DNA from: Pseudomonadota bacterium
Lineage (GTDB): Bacteria; Verrucomicrobiota; Verrucomicrobiia; Limisphaerales; SXTU01
Assembly: GCA_009922615.1 (NCBI GenBank)
Contig: RFVF01000007.1
Location: 30,006 to 94,005 of the forward strand
Length of the DNA: 64,000 bases
Direction of reading: 5' to 3'
The notes below the pieces were generated by a model. It was not told the DNA's origin. It saw only the letters and a program-made list of their open reading frames with translations, and did not search any database. A program made the position numbers and the translations under genes. Positions 45,577 through 56,900 of the stretch are shown here, piece after piece. Numbering within the stretch: position 1 is the first letter of the stretch; every line of letters begins with the position of its first letter.

Positions 45577-46023
45577 CTACTTCGGCGGCCGGACAACCGG
45601 CCCAGACAACGCCGTTTCGTCCGTCCGGCGCCTTGCCGGCATGATCGCACAGGCGTCCTTGCAACCGAAAACTTTGCTGAGGAGATGGCGATTCCGACTG
45701 ATCCACTGGTAGATGCGCTCGGCCACCCAGACCACGCCGGGGAACCACAGCACCAACGCGAGCGGAACCAGCAGTGGCATCCGCAGCCCCACGAACCGCA
45801 ACGCCCGCGCGCCGCGATGGATCGCGCCGTCGGTTGCGACACAGTGGATGGCTTCGAGCAAGGCCTCGCGCGTGAGGGTGGGCGCGACACGGGTGGCCTC
45901 GGGGTCCGCGATGGGCAGCAGCCGGACCACATGGCACCAGTCGAGCCAAGTGAGCAGCTTCATCTGGAACGTGCAGAGTGAACACTCGCCGTCGTAGAGG
46001 ACGATATGACGGGCAGCCGACAC
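45577..46023 (-). CDS. DCC family thiol-disulfide oxidoreductase (DUF393)
   Basis: YDGECSLC; YQWISRNRH. Confidence 0.88.
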   Translation of the reverse strand: MSAARHIVLYDGECSLCTFQMKLLTWLDWCHVVRLLPIADPEATRVAPTLTREALLEAIHCVATDGAIHRGARALRFVGLRMPLLVPLALVLWFPGVVWVAERIYQWISRNRHLLSKVFGCKDACAIMPARRRTDETALSGPVVRPPK

Positions 46024-46041
46024 AAGGCGCAGTTAAAGCGA

Positions 46042-46074
46042 ACGCCGCCGCCACGTCAAACGTGGCGGCGGCGT
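46042..46074 (-). terminator. Perfect 14-bp hairpin, likely terminator after the DUF1501 gene
   Basis: ACGCCGCCGCCACG-TCAAA-CGTGGCGGCGGCGT. Confidence 0.6.
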
Positions 46075-46106
46075 AAAAGCACCAGCGGGCAGAAGCCCGT
46101 GCAACT

Positions 46107-47372
46107 TCAGGCGAAAAGTTCCTTCACCGGCTTAGCCCCTTCCTTGACCAGCTTCATCGGCCGACCGAGCGGAGTGGTGAGCTCGCGGGTGAAGTCAATG
46201 CCCAAGGCGTGGCAGACGCTGGCGTGGAGGTCTGCGACCTGCACGGGGCGATCCGCCGGTTCCATGCCGTCCTTGTCGGAGGAGCCGATGACCTGGCCGC
46301 CCTTGACGCCGCCGCCGGCCATGAAGCAACTGAAGACGCGAGCGTGATGGTCACGACCGGCGTCCTTGTTGATCTTGGGCGTGCGGCCAAATTCGCTCAA
46401 CATGATGACGAGCGTTTTCTCCAAACGGCCCGAGGCATGCAGGTCTTCGATGAGCGAGGCGACCGCCGGGTCCATGACGGAACCGTGGTTGCGCATGGCA
46501 GGGAAGACATCCATGTGGTTGTCGAAACCACCGCGGTTGACCTGCACGAAGCGCACCCCGGTCTCGATGAGTTTGCGCGCGAGCAAAGTGCCGCGCCCGA
46601 ACTCGGTGAGGCCGTAGCGCTCGAGGGTCTTGGGGTTTTCCTTGTCGAGGTCGAAGCTGGAGAGCGCGGGGCTCTTCATCAAGGCGACGGCGTCCTTGAG
46701 GGCAACGTCCGTCTCCTTGAGATCACGCGCGGCGATCTTGTTCGAGGCGCGGAGATTCATCTTGGCGAGAATCTCGAGACGACGTTCGCCCTGCGCGTGG
46801 TGAATGCCATCAGGGAAGGCGAGATACGGATCACGCTCGCCCGGCAGACCGATGTAGTAGGCCTCGCAGCGCTGGCCGAGGTAACCAGCGCGCGGCGCCA
46901 TGCCACCGATGCTGATGTAAGCGGGAAGGTCGCCGTTTTTCTGGCTCTCGTTCACAACGAACGAGCCCATGCCCGGATGCACGAGGGCGGGGTTCTGCGG
47001 ATAACTGGTCTGCAACTCGTAGGTCGCACGCCCGTGATCGCCATTGGTGCCGGCGATGGAGCGGATGATCGAGCAGTGGTGCATCTGCTTGGCGAGCTGG
47101 GGGAAGATCTCGCTGATCTGGATGCCGTCGGCGCTGGTCTTGATGGGCTCAAACTCGCCACCCACTTCGCGGCCGGGCTTCGGATCCCAAGTGTCGATGT
47201 GGCTCATGCCGCCGCCGTTCCAGAAGAGGACAACAGACTCAGCCTTGGGCGCGTGGGCGGAACCAATGGCCGCAACAAGGCGGTTGATGGGCATGCCGAG
47301 GAGGGCGGCGGTGCCGGCGGTTTGCGCGAGAAAACGGCGGCGCGTGGCGAAGTAATCGGTGCAGGAGCTCAT
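46107..47372 (-). CDS. DUF1501 domain protein (Tat signal)
   Basis: TRRRFL, GGMSHIDTWDPKP, SEFGRTPKIN, GRDH; ATG at 47372. Confidence 0.92.
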   Translation of the reverse strand: MSSCTDYFATRRRFLAQTAGTAALLGMPINRLVAAIGSAHAPKAESVVLFWNGGGMSHIDTWDPKPGREVGGEFEPIKTSADGIQISEIFPQLAKQMHHCSIIRSIAGTNGDHGRATYELQTSYPQNPALVHPGMGSFVVNESQKNGDLPAYISIGGMAPRAGYLGQRCEAYYIGLPGERDPYLAFPDGIHHAQGERRLEILAKMNLRASNKIAARDLKETDVALKDAVALMKSPALSSFDLDKENPKTLERYGLTEFGRGTLLARKLIETGVRFVQVNRGGFDNHMDVFPAMRNHGSVMDPAVASLIEDLHASGRLEKTLVIMLSEFGRTPKINKDAGRDHHARVFSCFMAGGGVKGGQVIGSSDKDGMEPADRPVQVADLHASVCHALGIDFTRELTTPLGRPMKLVKEGAKPVKELFA

Positions 47373-47395
47373 AGGTTTTTGATGTTTAGCAGACT

Positions 47396-49891
47396 TCAGG
47401 GGAGATAACGGAATTCGTGCGAATTGAGCATGGCCCAACGGAGGTCGGCCAAGCCGTCGGCGGGCGTCTTGCCACCACTGATGACTTCGCGGGCTTCGGC
47501 CAGTTCCTCGGTCGTCGGCCGACGTGTGAAGATTTCGAGATAGACCAGCTCGACGGCCTTGGCTGGATTGGCGTTCGGACCGGCGATGAGGTGATAGACC
47601 GGCTCCAGCGGACCGACGCGCGAGGCCTCGTGCGTGGCCTTGCCATTCAGCATCATCAATTCCTGACGCAGCGAAGGTGACTCATCACGAAACTCGCCGA
47701 GGTTATCGCGCGCGGGCTGGCCGAAGACGCGGATGAAGTGCGACGGCGGTGCGGGCGTGGCCATGCGAAGGGTGGTGTCGAACTTCGGGTTGTCATCGAC
47801 GATGGCCGTGACGGTTTCTAGACGGAAGCGCTCGGCGTTGCCGGATCGGAGCAACCGGATGCGCGCCTGCCGCTGGGCTTCGATGGCGTCGTCTTCCATC
47901 TTCTTGTTCATCGCCAGGTCTTTCTTCGACTCGGACAACACGTCGCCAAACTTGTCATCGTCCTTGCCCATCTTCTCGGGCTTGAGCAGCGCGTCGAAGT
48001 CCAGACTTGCGCCCTTCTCCAAGTCATACGGCGCAGGGGCTTGGCCGGGCTTGTTCATCGCCATCATCATGTTGGGCTGGTTCGTGGACTTGTCCTCGGC
48101 GGCGGCGAGCATCGCGGCGTTGGCGAGCGGGATGCGGACCTGGCGCTTGACCTCGCGCACGTTCGCGCCCTCGGGCCATTTGTGCGACAGCAAGTGTCCC
48201 GCGACCGTCACGCTGTCGAAGAGCACTTCACCCAGCATCCGGCGCGCGCGGGTGGCGGTGAAATTTTCCTCCGCACTGGCCAGTTCCTTAACCTCGGCTC
48301 CGGCCGGCAAGTGCCCGCGCTGGTAGGCCTGAGTGAGCATGACCGTTTTAACGAGCGAGCGGAGGTCGTAGCCGCTGGCCACGAATTCCTGCGCGAGGAA
48401 CTGCAGCGCCTGCGGGTGCCGGATTTCATTGTAAGCTGAAATGTTGTCGAGCGGCTCGACGAACCCGCGCCCGACCAGCTCGGCCCAGACGCGGTTGACG
48501 AACGCGCGGGCGAAGTAGGGGTTGCGCGGGTCGGTGATGAGTGCGGCCAGTTTCTTCCGTTCCTCGCTCTGCGTGTAGATGCTGCGGCCGTCCTGCGCTC
48601 GCGCGGCGGCGGCTTTGGCCTCGGCGAGGATGGCGGCGTCCTGCTTGGTGTCGCGCAGCGTCTGCTTCACGTCGATGCCGTCAACAAGCTCGTCGAGCGC
48701 CTTCTTCGCGGCGGCGGCACTGAGTGCGCCGGTGTTCGGACGACGCCGGTCCTCCAGCCGCGCAATGAAATTGGGCTTGGTCGTGTAGTTGACCAGCTCG
48801 AAGGGGAACTTGGGCGCGACGCCCACGCGCTTGGGCGGCTGCTCGCGCTCGGGGGGCCATTTCACCGCCGTCTCCTCGGCCTCGGTGGTGTAGATACGCT
48901 TGACGTTCTTGCCCTGCTCGACGCGCTTGATGGTGCCGAAAAACGCTGCTAGATCGTAAAATTCCTTCTGTCGGACGCCGAGGAAAATCTGCGAGGTGGC
49001 ACCCGCGAGCGCCATCGGATTCGCCGCGTCGCCCAGCGCGAAGCCGGCAGCGGGCGCACTCTCGGGACGGCCGTTGGTGGCGATGAGCTCGCGGACCATT
49101 TGGTCGTATGGCTTGGCCTCGGCCACGCTGCGGTTCACGTAGGCGAGCAATTGCGGTCCACCCTCCTGCTGCGAACGCACGCGAATCATGTCGGCAAAGA
49201 AGACCGTCCAGCGCTCGGCGAAACGCGAATGCGCGATCAACCGGTCCACGAGTTTCTCCCTGCGGTCCGCACTGCGGTCGGACTCGAACTGTTTGATTTC
49301 CTCCGCCGTCGGAATACGACCAATGAGGTCCACCGTCGCGCGGCGGAGGAACGAAAGGTCGTCAATGATCGCCGCTGACTTGGTTGGCGGGTTCTTGCTC
49401 GCCTGATTTTCCTTCGTAAGAATCTGGTCCGTCACTGCCGCCGCTTCGGCCAGTGAAGCCGGCGCCTTGCTTGGGATGAAATCCGTCTCGGCCAAGCCGG
49501 GGATTTCCTTCTTCTTCAGCTTGAGGACGACGCCATCCGGCCACTTCGCTCCCGTGCGGACCCAGTCGGTGAGCCAATTCTTGTGCGGGCCGGAAAGTGG
49601 TTCGGTCTCCTGTGGCATGATCTCCTCGTGATCACGCGGGAGCTTGATGCGCCGGAGGAGCTCGCTCTTTTCGTATTCCTTCGCATTGATAAGAGGGCCG
49701 CTCTTGCCGCCCCGGAGGAAGCCCGCCTTGGTGTCCAACCGCAAGTCGCCCTTGACCTTTTCAGCGCTGTGGCAGCGGATGCAGGCATTTTCGAAGATGG
49801 GCTGGATCTGCGTGCGGAAATCCACCTCGGCCCCGGCGAGCTGGGCGGAGGCGAGCAACAACAACGAATGGCGGAGCGTGCTGGACTTCAT
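47396..49891 (-). CDS. Planctomycete cytochrome c / DUF1549 / DUF1553 protein lacking the internal CxxCH
   Basis: N-terminal CIRCH; FLRRATVDLIGRIPT; NPYFARAFVNRVW; FLGVR is joined directly to QKEFYDLAAFF. Confidence 0.88.
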   Translation of the reverse strand: MKSSTLRHSLLLLASAQLAGAEVDFRTQIQPIFENACIRCHSAEKVKGDLRLDTKAGFLRGGKSGPLINAKEYEKSELLRRIKLPRDHEEIMPQETEPLSGPHKNWLTDWVRTGAKWPDGVVLKLKKKEIPGLAETDFIPSKAPASLAEAAAVTDQILTKENQASKNPPTKSAAIIDDLSFLRRATVDLIGRIPTAEEIKQFESDRSADRREKLVDRLIAHSRFAERWTVFFADMIRVRSQQEGGPQLLAYVNRSVAEAKPYDQMVRELIATNGRPESAPAAGFALGDAANPMALAGATSQIFLGVRQKEFYDLAAFFGTIKRVEQGKNVKRIYTTEAEETAVKWPPEREQPPKRVGVAPKFPFELVNYTTKPNFIARLEDRRRPNTGALSAAAAKKALDELVDGIDVKQTLRDTKQDAAILAEAKAAAARAQDGRSIYTQSEERKKLAALITDPRNPYFARAFVNRVWAELVGRGFVEPLDNISAYNEIRHPQALQFLAQEFVASGYDLRSLVKTVMLTQAYQRGHLPAGAEVKELASAEENFTATRARRMLGEVLFDSVTVAGHLLSHKWPEGANVREVKRQVRIPLANAAMLAAAEDKSTNQPNMMMAMNKPGQAPAPYDLEKGASLDFDALLKPEKMGKDDDKFGDVLSESKKDLAMNKKMEDDAIEAQRQARIRLLRSGNAERFRLETVTAIVDDNPKFDTTLRMATPAPPSHFIRVFGQPARDNLGEFRDESPSLRQELMMLNGKATHEASRVGPLEPVYHLIAGPNANPAKAVELVYLEIFTRRPTTEELAEAREVISGGKTPADGLADLRWAMLNSHEFRYLP

Positions 49892-49985
49892 GGTCTGAAT
49901 TTCTAGGTCGGGACGGACGTGCTGGTAGTGTCAGATGCTAACGGCAATCATTTGATTCAAGGAGTTTCTTGACTTGCCAGCCAAA

Positions 49986-50972
49986 TCAAGGGACCAGCGT
50001 CCGGATGAACTTCCGCACCCGGTGCCCGCCTGTGTCCGCCACATACACGGCCCCATCACGGCCCACCGCGACATCGTGCCCGAGCAGGAACTCACCCGGT
50101 CCCTTGCCGTAACCGCCGAACCGATCCACCACGCGGCCCTCGGCGTCCAGCTCCGCGACCTTCGAGCGGTCCGGCTGCGTCAGCGGCGGGTCGCCGCCGT
50201 CCACAGCGAAGACGTGTCCATCCTGACCCACGCTCACGCCGTAGGGCCGGCCGATCTGCGGGCCCTTCCACTCGGCGAGAAACTTGCCTTTCGGGTCGAA
50301 GACCTGGAGCCGCGCGTTGCTGCGGTCGCACACGATCACCCGCCCGGCCAGGTCCACGGCGACCCCGTGCGGCAAGTTGAACTGCCCTGGCCCCGCGCCC
50401 TTGCCGCCCCACTCGAAATCGTAGTGGCCCGCCGCCGTGAACTTGATCACCCGCGTGTTTCGGTAGCCGTCGCTCACATAGAACGAACCGTCGGCCAACA
50501 CCGCCACGTCGGTTGGCAGATTGAAGTGCGTCGCGTCCGCGCCCGCCACGCCGCGCTCGCCGAGCGTGAGCAGCAGCTTGCCCTCGGCCGTGAATTTGAA
50601 CACCTGCTGCCGCCCCACATCGGTGAGCCACACGTGGTCCTCACCATCGAGCGACAGCCCGTGCGGCATGATGAACTCGCCCGCGCCCCAGCTCCCGAGC
50701 AACTTGCCCGTCGCCCCATCGATCACACTCACCGTCGGCGCGGCGATGGGCTCAGTGGGAAACGGTGTCATCCAGGTGCGCCCGCTGCGATGGAACACAA
50801 ACACGCGGTTTCGCGAATCCACGCCCACGCCGGTGCATTGACCGAGCACGTGCGACGCGGGCAAGGCCGGCCAATCGGTCACGACGACGTGCCGGGGCGG
50901 CAACGCATCGGCCGCCGAATCCCACGGCACGGCCAGCGCCAGCAGCGCCGCGAGTAAAAGTCCTTTGCTCAC
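49986..50972 (-). CDS. NHL-repeat peptidyl-alpha-hydroxyglycine alpha-amidating lyase-like protein
   Basis: FIMPHGL, FNLPTDVAV, VSDGYRNTRV, FNLPHG; GTG at 50972 overlaps the upstream stop. Confidence 0.85.
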   Translation of the reverse strand: MSKGLLLAALLALAVPWDSAADALPPRHVVVTDWPALPASHVLGQCTGVGVDSRNRVFVFHRSGRTWMTPFPTEPIAAPTVSVIDGATGKLLGSWGAGEFIMPHGLSLDGEDHVWLTDVGRQQVFKFTAEGKLLLTLGERGVAGADATHFNLPTDVAVLADGSFYVSDGYRNTRVIKFTAAGHYDFEWGGKGAGPGQFNLPHGVAVDLAGRVIVCDRSNARLQVFDPKGKFLAEWKGPQIGRPYGVSVGQDGHVFAVDGGDPPLTQPDRSKVAELDAEGRVVDRFGGYGKGPGEFLLGHDVAVGRDGAVYVADTGGHRVRKFIRTLVP

Positions 50973-51757
50973 GGCGTCAACTTGCGGATGGCTGCATCCA
51001 TCAAGCCGCGATTGCCGGGCTCCTTCTCCAGCTCCCGCGCCGCCTTGAGCGCCGCGAGCGCGGGCCGCGCCGTCTCGCCAAGGTTCACCAGCGCCCGGGC
51101 ACTGTAGTGCCGGACCTTCTCGTCGGGGTCCGTGAGCAACGCGCCGAGTTTCGCGACGCCGGGCGCGGCCACCGCGCCGAGCGGTTCGAGGCAATGCGCC
51201 GACTTGTAGCGCACGAGCGGCGAGGCATCGCCGAGGCCCTTGAGAATCGCCGGCAAGTGTTCGTCCGCCGAGGCCCCCACGCGAATCATCGCCGCATGGG
51301 CCACGACGCGCACGACCGCGTCCTCGTCCTTCGTGCTGCGGGCCATGTCGGGCAGCGCGACCTTGGCATCCGCGCCCACGCGACCGAGCGCGCGCACGGC
51401 ACATTGGCGCACTTCCTTGTCGGGGTCGCGTAACAGGCGCGTGAGGTCGGGGATGGCCGGTTTGGCCTGCTCGTGGAAATTTCCCATGGCGGTGCAGACC
51501 ACCGCGCGGATGTCCGCCTCGGGATCGCGCATCGCCTCACGCAACGCGCTAAACGCAGGCAACGCCTGCTCCTGGCCGCCAGCGAAATGCACGAGCTGGC
51601 CCACGGCCTTGAGGCGCACCTCGCGGTCGGGTGACTTCATCTCCTTGATGATGGTCGCGAGCCGCTCAGCGGTGGCGGATTTGGCATCCGGCGTCGCGGC
51701 AACGAGTGTGAACGAGGCAAGCGCCAGAATTCCCAGCGCAGCAAACAGTGGCTTCAT
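50969..51757 (-). CDS. Secreted HEAT-repeat protein
   Basis: Repeated LxDPDxEVRxxAxxAL units; ATG at 51757 followed by a signal peptide. Confidence 0.85.
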   Translation of the reverse strand: MKPLFAALGILALASFTLVAATPDAKSATAERLATIIKEMKSPDREVRLKAVGQLVHFAGGQEQALPAFSALREAMRDPEADIRAVVCTAMGNFHEQAKPAIPDLTRLLRDPDKEVRQCAVRALGRVGADAKVALPDMARSTKDEDAVVRVVAHAAMIRVGASADEHLPAILKGLGDASPLVRYKSAHCLEPLGAVAAPGVAKLGALLTDPDEKVRHYSARALVNLGETARPALAALKAARELEKEPGNRGLMDAAIRKLTP

Positions 51758-51899
51758 CGGTGAGTTCCTGACGCACCAGCGGAGTAGAATAGTCGCGGAA
51801 TGAAGTGCCCGTGAAGCGCCCACTTTCACGTCTTTCGCGGGCATCCTCGGCGGATTACACATTTGCAAGCCGCCCGCCCGCGCATACATTCCGCCGACG

Positions 51900-53099
51900 A
51901 TGAAACCGGAGTTTGATTCCATCGAGGCCGCGCTGGCCGATTTGCGGCGCGGGCGCATGGTCATTGTCGTGGACGATGCTGACCGAGAGAACGAGGGCGA
52001 TCTCGTCATGGCTGCCGAGCAAGCCACGCCCAAGGCCGTGAACTTCATGGCACGCTTCGGGCGCGGCCTCATCTGCGTGCCCACCACCGGCGAACGGCTC
52101 AAGCAACTCGGCGTGGAGCGCATGGTCGTGCAGAATCGCGAGACGTTCAAAACGGATTTTCAAGTCAGCGTGGACGCCGCGCGTGGCATCACCACCGGCA
52201 TCAGCGCCGCCGACCGCGCGAAGACAATTCAGATCATGGCCGAACCGACGGCGTTGCCCGAGGACCTGGTGCAGCCCGGCCACGTATTTCCGCTCCGTGC
52301 CAAGCCCGGTGGCGTGCTCCAGCGCGCCGGTCACACCGAGGCGGCCGTGGACCTCGTGCGGCTCGCGGGTGCGCGGCCCATCGGCGTGATCTGCGAGATC
52401 ATGTCCGACGACGGCACGATGGCGCGGTTGCCGCAACTCCGGAAGTTCGCCCGCAAGCACAAGCTGAAGATTTGCTCCATCGCCGACCTCATCAGCTACC
52501 GCCGCTCGCGCGAGAAGCTCGTCGAGCGCATCGAGGTCGTGAAGATGCCGACCGACTACGGCGACTTCGACCTGCACCTCTATCGCTCGCACACGGACGG
52601 CCAGCATCACGTTGCACTTGTGAAGGGCGACGTCGCGGGCCAGAAGAACGTGCTCGTGCGCGTCCACAGCGAATGCCTGACTGGCGATGTCTTCGGCTCG
52701 CGCCGGTGTGATTGCGGCCCGCAGCTCCAGCAGGCCATGAAGCAGGTCAGCGACGCCGGCCGCGGCGTGATTCTCTACATGCGGCAGGAAGGCCGCGGCA
52801 TCGGGCTGGGGCCGAAGATTCAGGCTTACAAGTTGCAGGAGAAGGGCCTCGACACGGTAGAGGCGAACCAGAAACTCGGGTTTGGCATGGATCTCCGCGA
52901 ATACGGCCTCGGCGCCCAAATCCTCTGCGACCTCGGCCTGAAGACCATTCGCCTGCTGACGAACAACCCGAAAAAAATCGTCGGCCTCGAAGGCTACGGC
53001 CTGCAAGTCGTCGAGCAACTGCCCATCCGCGTGAAGCCCAACCCGCACAACGAGCGCTACCTGAAAACTAAGCGGGAGAAACTCGGCCATCTGCTGTGA
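51900..53099 (+). CDS. ribBA: Bifunctional DHBP synthase / GTP cyclohydrolase II
   Basis: [49 protein letters not shown]. Confidence 0.97.
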   Translation: MKPEFDSIEAALADLRRGRMVIVVDDADRENEGDLVMAAEQATPKAVNFMARFGRGLICVPTTGERLKQLGVERMVVQNRETFKTDFQVSVDAARGITTGISAADRAKTIQIMAEPTALPEDLVQPGHVFPLRAKPGGVLQRAGHTEAAVDLVRLAGARPIGVICEIMSDDGTMARLPQLRKFARKHKLKICSIADLISYRRSREKLVERIEVVKMPTDYGDFDLHLYRSHTDGQHHVALVKGDVAGQKNVLVRVHSECLTGDVFGSRRCDCGPQLQQAMKQVSDAGRGVILYMRQEGRGIGLGPKIQAYKLQEKGLDTVEANQKLGFGMDLREYGLGAQILCDLGLKTIRLLTNNPKKIVGLEGYGLQVVEQLPIRVKPNPHNERYLKTKREKLGHLL

Positions 53100-53860
53100 G
53101 CGCGGAGTTGCCTAGTGCGAAAACTTTGCCGCCGCTCACGCCCGGCACGCTCTACCTCGTCGCGACGCCGATCGGCAACCTCGAGGACATCACCCTGCGC
53201 GCACTCCGCGTGTTGCGCGAATGTGATGTCATCGCGGCGGAGGACACGCGGCGCACGGGACAGTTGCTCAAGCACTTTGAAATCGCCAAGCCGATGGTCA
53301 GCTATTTCGCTTTCAATGAGGCGAAGCGCTCCGAGGAAATCCTCGAACGACTCCAGCGCGGCGAGAAAGTCGCGCTCGTCACCGACGCCGGCACGCCCGG
53401 CATCAGCGACCCCGGCGAGCGCGTGGTGCGCGCGGCAGTGGCGGCGGGGTTGCGCGTCGAGTCCGTGCCCGGCCCGTGCGCGTTGGTCGCGGCGCTGACG
53501 GCGAGCGGCTTGCCGACGGACGAGTTTCATTTCATCGGCTTCCTGCCGCACAAGTCCGGCCAGCGGCGCAAGGCGCTCGAAGCCTTGAAAACCTTCGCCG
53601 GCACGCTGGCGCTCTACGAGTCGCCGTATCGCATCGAGAAACTCCTGAGCGAGCTGCACGAAGTCTTCCCCACGCGCACCGTCGTTCTCGCGCGCGAGCT
53701 GACGAAGAAGTTCGAGGAGTTCCTGCGGGGCACGCCGGCGGAGTTGCTAGCGCTTGTGGCGAAGCGCTCGCTGAAAGGGGAGTTTGTGGTGCTGGTGAAC
53801 GGGGAGGCCGAAGCAGAAGCAGACCGGGAAAAGAATACGAATAGCGGAAGTGTTCAGTAA
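53096..53860 (+). CDS. rsmI: 16S rRNA C1402 2'-O-methyltransferase
   Basis: [46 protein letters not shown]. Confidence 0.95.
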   Translation: MSAELPSAKTLPPLTPGTLYLVATPIGNLEDITLRALRVLRECDVIAAEDTRRTGQLLKHFEIAKPMVSYFAFNEAKRSEEILERLQRGEKVALVTDAGTPGISDPGERVVRAAVAAGLRVESVPGPCALVAALTASGLPTDEFHFIGFLPHKSGQRRKALEALKTFAGTLALYESPYRIEKLLSELHEVFPTRTVVLARELTKKFEEFLRGTPAELLALVAKRSLKGEFVVLVNGEAEAEADREKNTNSGSVQ

Positions 53861-53950
53861 TCAGTATTCAGTGTTTAGTCGTCCGGTGCGGCTGCGCCGG
53901 ACAAGCCGGAACCGAACGCATCGTTACTGAACACTGATAACCAAAAACTC
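53853..53950. repeat. Inverted heptamer tracts flanking a GC hairpin
   Basis: TTCAGTA ATCAGTA TTCAGTG TTTAGTC, then GTCCGGTGC/GCGCCGGAC, then TACTGAA CACTGAT. Confidence 0.65.
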
Positions 53951-53955
53951 TCCGA

Positions 53956-56900
53956 ATGGTCCGCCTGTTCACTTTCATTTTCGTCCTAACGGCGCTCGGT
54001 GCCCGCGCCGCCGAGTCCGCCACCAGCCACGACTTCTTCGAAAACAAGATTCGCCCGCTGCTCATCGAGCATTGCCTCAAGTGCCACGACGGCGCGGCGA
54101 CGGACAAGCCCAAGGGCGGCCTCGCGCTCGACACTCGGGCAGGCTGGGAGAGAGGCGGCGAACACGGCCCGGCGATTGTCCCCGGCCAACCCGACAAGTC
54201 GCTCTTCATTCGCTCCATCCGTTACACGGACAAGGAGCTGCAGATGCCGCCCAAGGGCAAGCAGCTCACGCCCCAACAAATCGCGCTCTTCGAGGAATGG
54301 GTCCGCCTCGGTGCGCCCGACCCGCGCACCGGCAAGCCCTCCGGCCCACCGCTCTCCGACCCGACCGTCGTTAAGAACCACTGGGCGTTTCAGCCGGTCA
54401 AGGATCCGCCCGTGCCGCAGGTTCGCAATTCGCAATTCGCAATTCGCAATTCCATCGACGCTTTCGTCCTCGCCAAGCTCGCCCCGAAGAACTGGACCCT
54501 CTCCCCGCCTGCCGACAAGCGCACGCTCATCCGCCGCGCTTACTTCGACCTGCACGGCCTGCCGCCTTCGATCGCCGAGGTCGAAGCGTTTGTCGCGGAC
54601 AAGTCGCCTGACGCCTTCGCCAAGCTCGTGGACAAGCTGCTCGCCTCGCCTCGCTACGGTGAGCGATGGGGCCGCCACTGGCTGGATGTGGCGCGTTACG
54701 CGGACACCAAGGGCTACCTTGCCGGCGACGAGCAGCGGCGCTTCGCCTTTAGTTACACCTACCGTGACTACGTCATCCGCAGTTTCAACGAGGACACGCC
54801 TTATGACCGCTTCCTCACCGAACAAATTGCCGCCGATCACTTGCCACTTGGCGACGACAAACGTGCACTGGCCGGCCTCGGTTTCCTCACCCTCGGCCGC
54901 CGTTTCTTGAACAACACCGCCGACATCATTGACGACCGCATCGACGTGGTGACGCGTGGCACGATGGGCCTGACCGTGCAGTGCGGCCGCTGCCACGACC
55001 ATAAATACGACCCCGTTTCCACGAAGGAATATTACAGTCTCTACGGCATTTTCGCCTCCAGCCACGAGCCGACGGAGAAGCCGCTGCTCGGCACCCAGCC
55101 CGACCCGATGCAGCACGCCGCCTACCTCGCCGAGAAGAAGAAGCGCGAGGAAGAGATGGAGAAATACCGCGTCGAGCAACTCGACAAACAACTCGCGAAC
55201 CTGCGGAAGCGCAGCGCGGACTATCTGCTGGCCGCCGACGAAGTGGACCCGAAGGTTGCCCGCGCGTCGGCGGGTGCGAGCCGTCAGAACCGCGACAAGT
55301 ATTTTCAAGAGCGCAAGCTCGTGCCCGCCGTCGTGGCGCGCTGGCAGGATTTTCTCGCGAAGGCCGCCAAGGCCAACTCGCCCGGCTCCGTCTGGTCCCT
55401 CTGGCATGCTTACGCGAAGTTGCCCGACACCAACTTCGCCGAGGAGGCCGTGAAGGTGGACACGAGCAATGCTCCGCTCGCCATTCGCAGCTCCTTCGCC
55501 AACCCGCCCAAGACGATGAAAGAAGTCGCCGAGCGCTACGGGAAGTTGCTTACCGACGCCGACGCTGCCACGCCGCACGCGGACAAGGACAAGGAAGCCC
55601 TGCGCCTCGCCCTGCGCGCTGCCGATGCGCCGCCGAACCTGCCCGCACCAGAGAACGACACGTTGCTCGAAGATGCTCGTCCGCGCCTGCGGCAATTGAA
55701 GGCGAAGATTGACGAGGTAGACGCCACGCATGCCGGTGCGCCCCCGCGCGCGATGGCCTTGCTCGACAACGCCTCGCCGACGAAGCCCTACGTCTTCGTG
55801 CGCGGGAATCCCGGCAACCGTGGCCCCGAAGTCGAGCGCGGCTTTCTGCAAATCGCCTCCGCCGGGAAGCTCACACCGTTCCCCTCCAAGTCCAGCGGCC
55901 GGCTCGAACTCGCCCGCGCCATCACTAGCGCGGACAACCCGCTCACCGCGCGCGTCATCGTGAACCGCGTGTGGAGCTGGCACTTCGGCCAGGGTCTGGT
56001 TCGCACGCCCAGCGACTTCGGCGTCCGCAGCGACCCGCCGTCGCACCCGGAGTTGCTCGACTGGCTCGCGATGCGCTTCGTTGCCGACGGCTGGAGCATC
56101 AAGAAACTGCACCGCCTCATCATGCTCTCCGCAACTTACCAGCAGGCCAGCGACGACCGCGCGGAGTGCGTGAAAGCCGACCCGGCGAACACGTTGCTGT
56201 GGAAGTTCAACCGCCAGCGCCTCGACTTCGAGCAGTTCCGCGATTCGCTGCTGCTCGCGTCCGGCAAGCTTGACCTCGCCACCGGCGGGCTGCCCGTGGA
56301 TTTGACCACGCAGCCGTTCAGTGGACGGCGCACCGTTTACGGCTTCATTGATCGGCAGAACCTCCCGCCGATGTTCCGCACGTTCGACTTCGCCAGCCCC
56401 GACGTGAGCGCGTCGCAGCGCTTCCAGACTACGGTGCCGCAGCAGGCGCTCTTCCTGATGAACTCGCCGTTTGTGCTGCAACAGGCGCAGGCGCTCGCGG
56501 CCCGCGATGACTTCAAGGAATTCACCACCGACGAGGGGCGCATCGCCTTCCTCTACGAGACGATTTACCAACGCCGCCCCGTTGCCGAGGAGCTGGCGAT
56601 GGCCAAGACCTTTCTCAAGGCTCCGGTGGAAAAACCCGCCGACGCCGTGCCCAACGCGGGCTGGCATTATGGCTACGGCGAGTTCGACTCCGGCACGCAG
56701 CGCGTGAAACGCTTCACGCCCTTTGCCTTCTTCACCGGCGGCCAGTGGCAGGTCGGGAAAGATTTCCCGGACCAGCAGCTCGGTCATTTGCTGCTGCGCG
56801 CCGAGGGCGGCCATCCCGGGCGTGACGCCGCTCACGCAGTCATCCGCCGCTGGATTGCGCCACGCGATGGCACGGTGGCCGTATCGGGTGCGCTCACGCA

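Noticed and set aside
49906-49916. att duplication of the tRNA-Pro 3' end (GGTCGGGACGG)
   Set aside because: Only 11 bp in GC-rich DNA, on the wrong side of the tRNA, with no integrase; likely chance.
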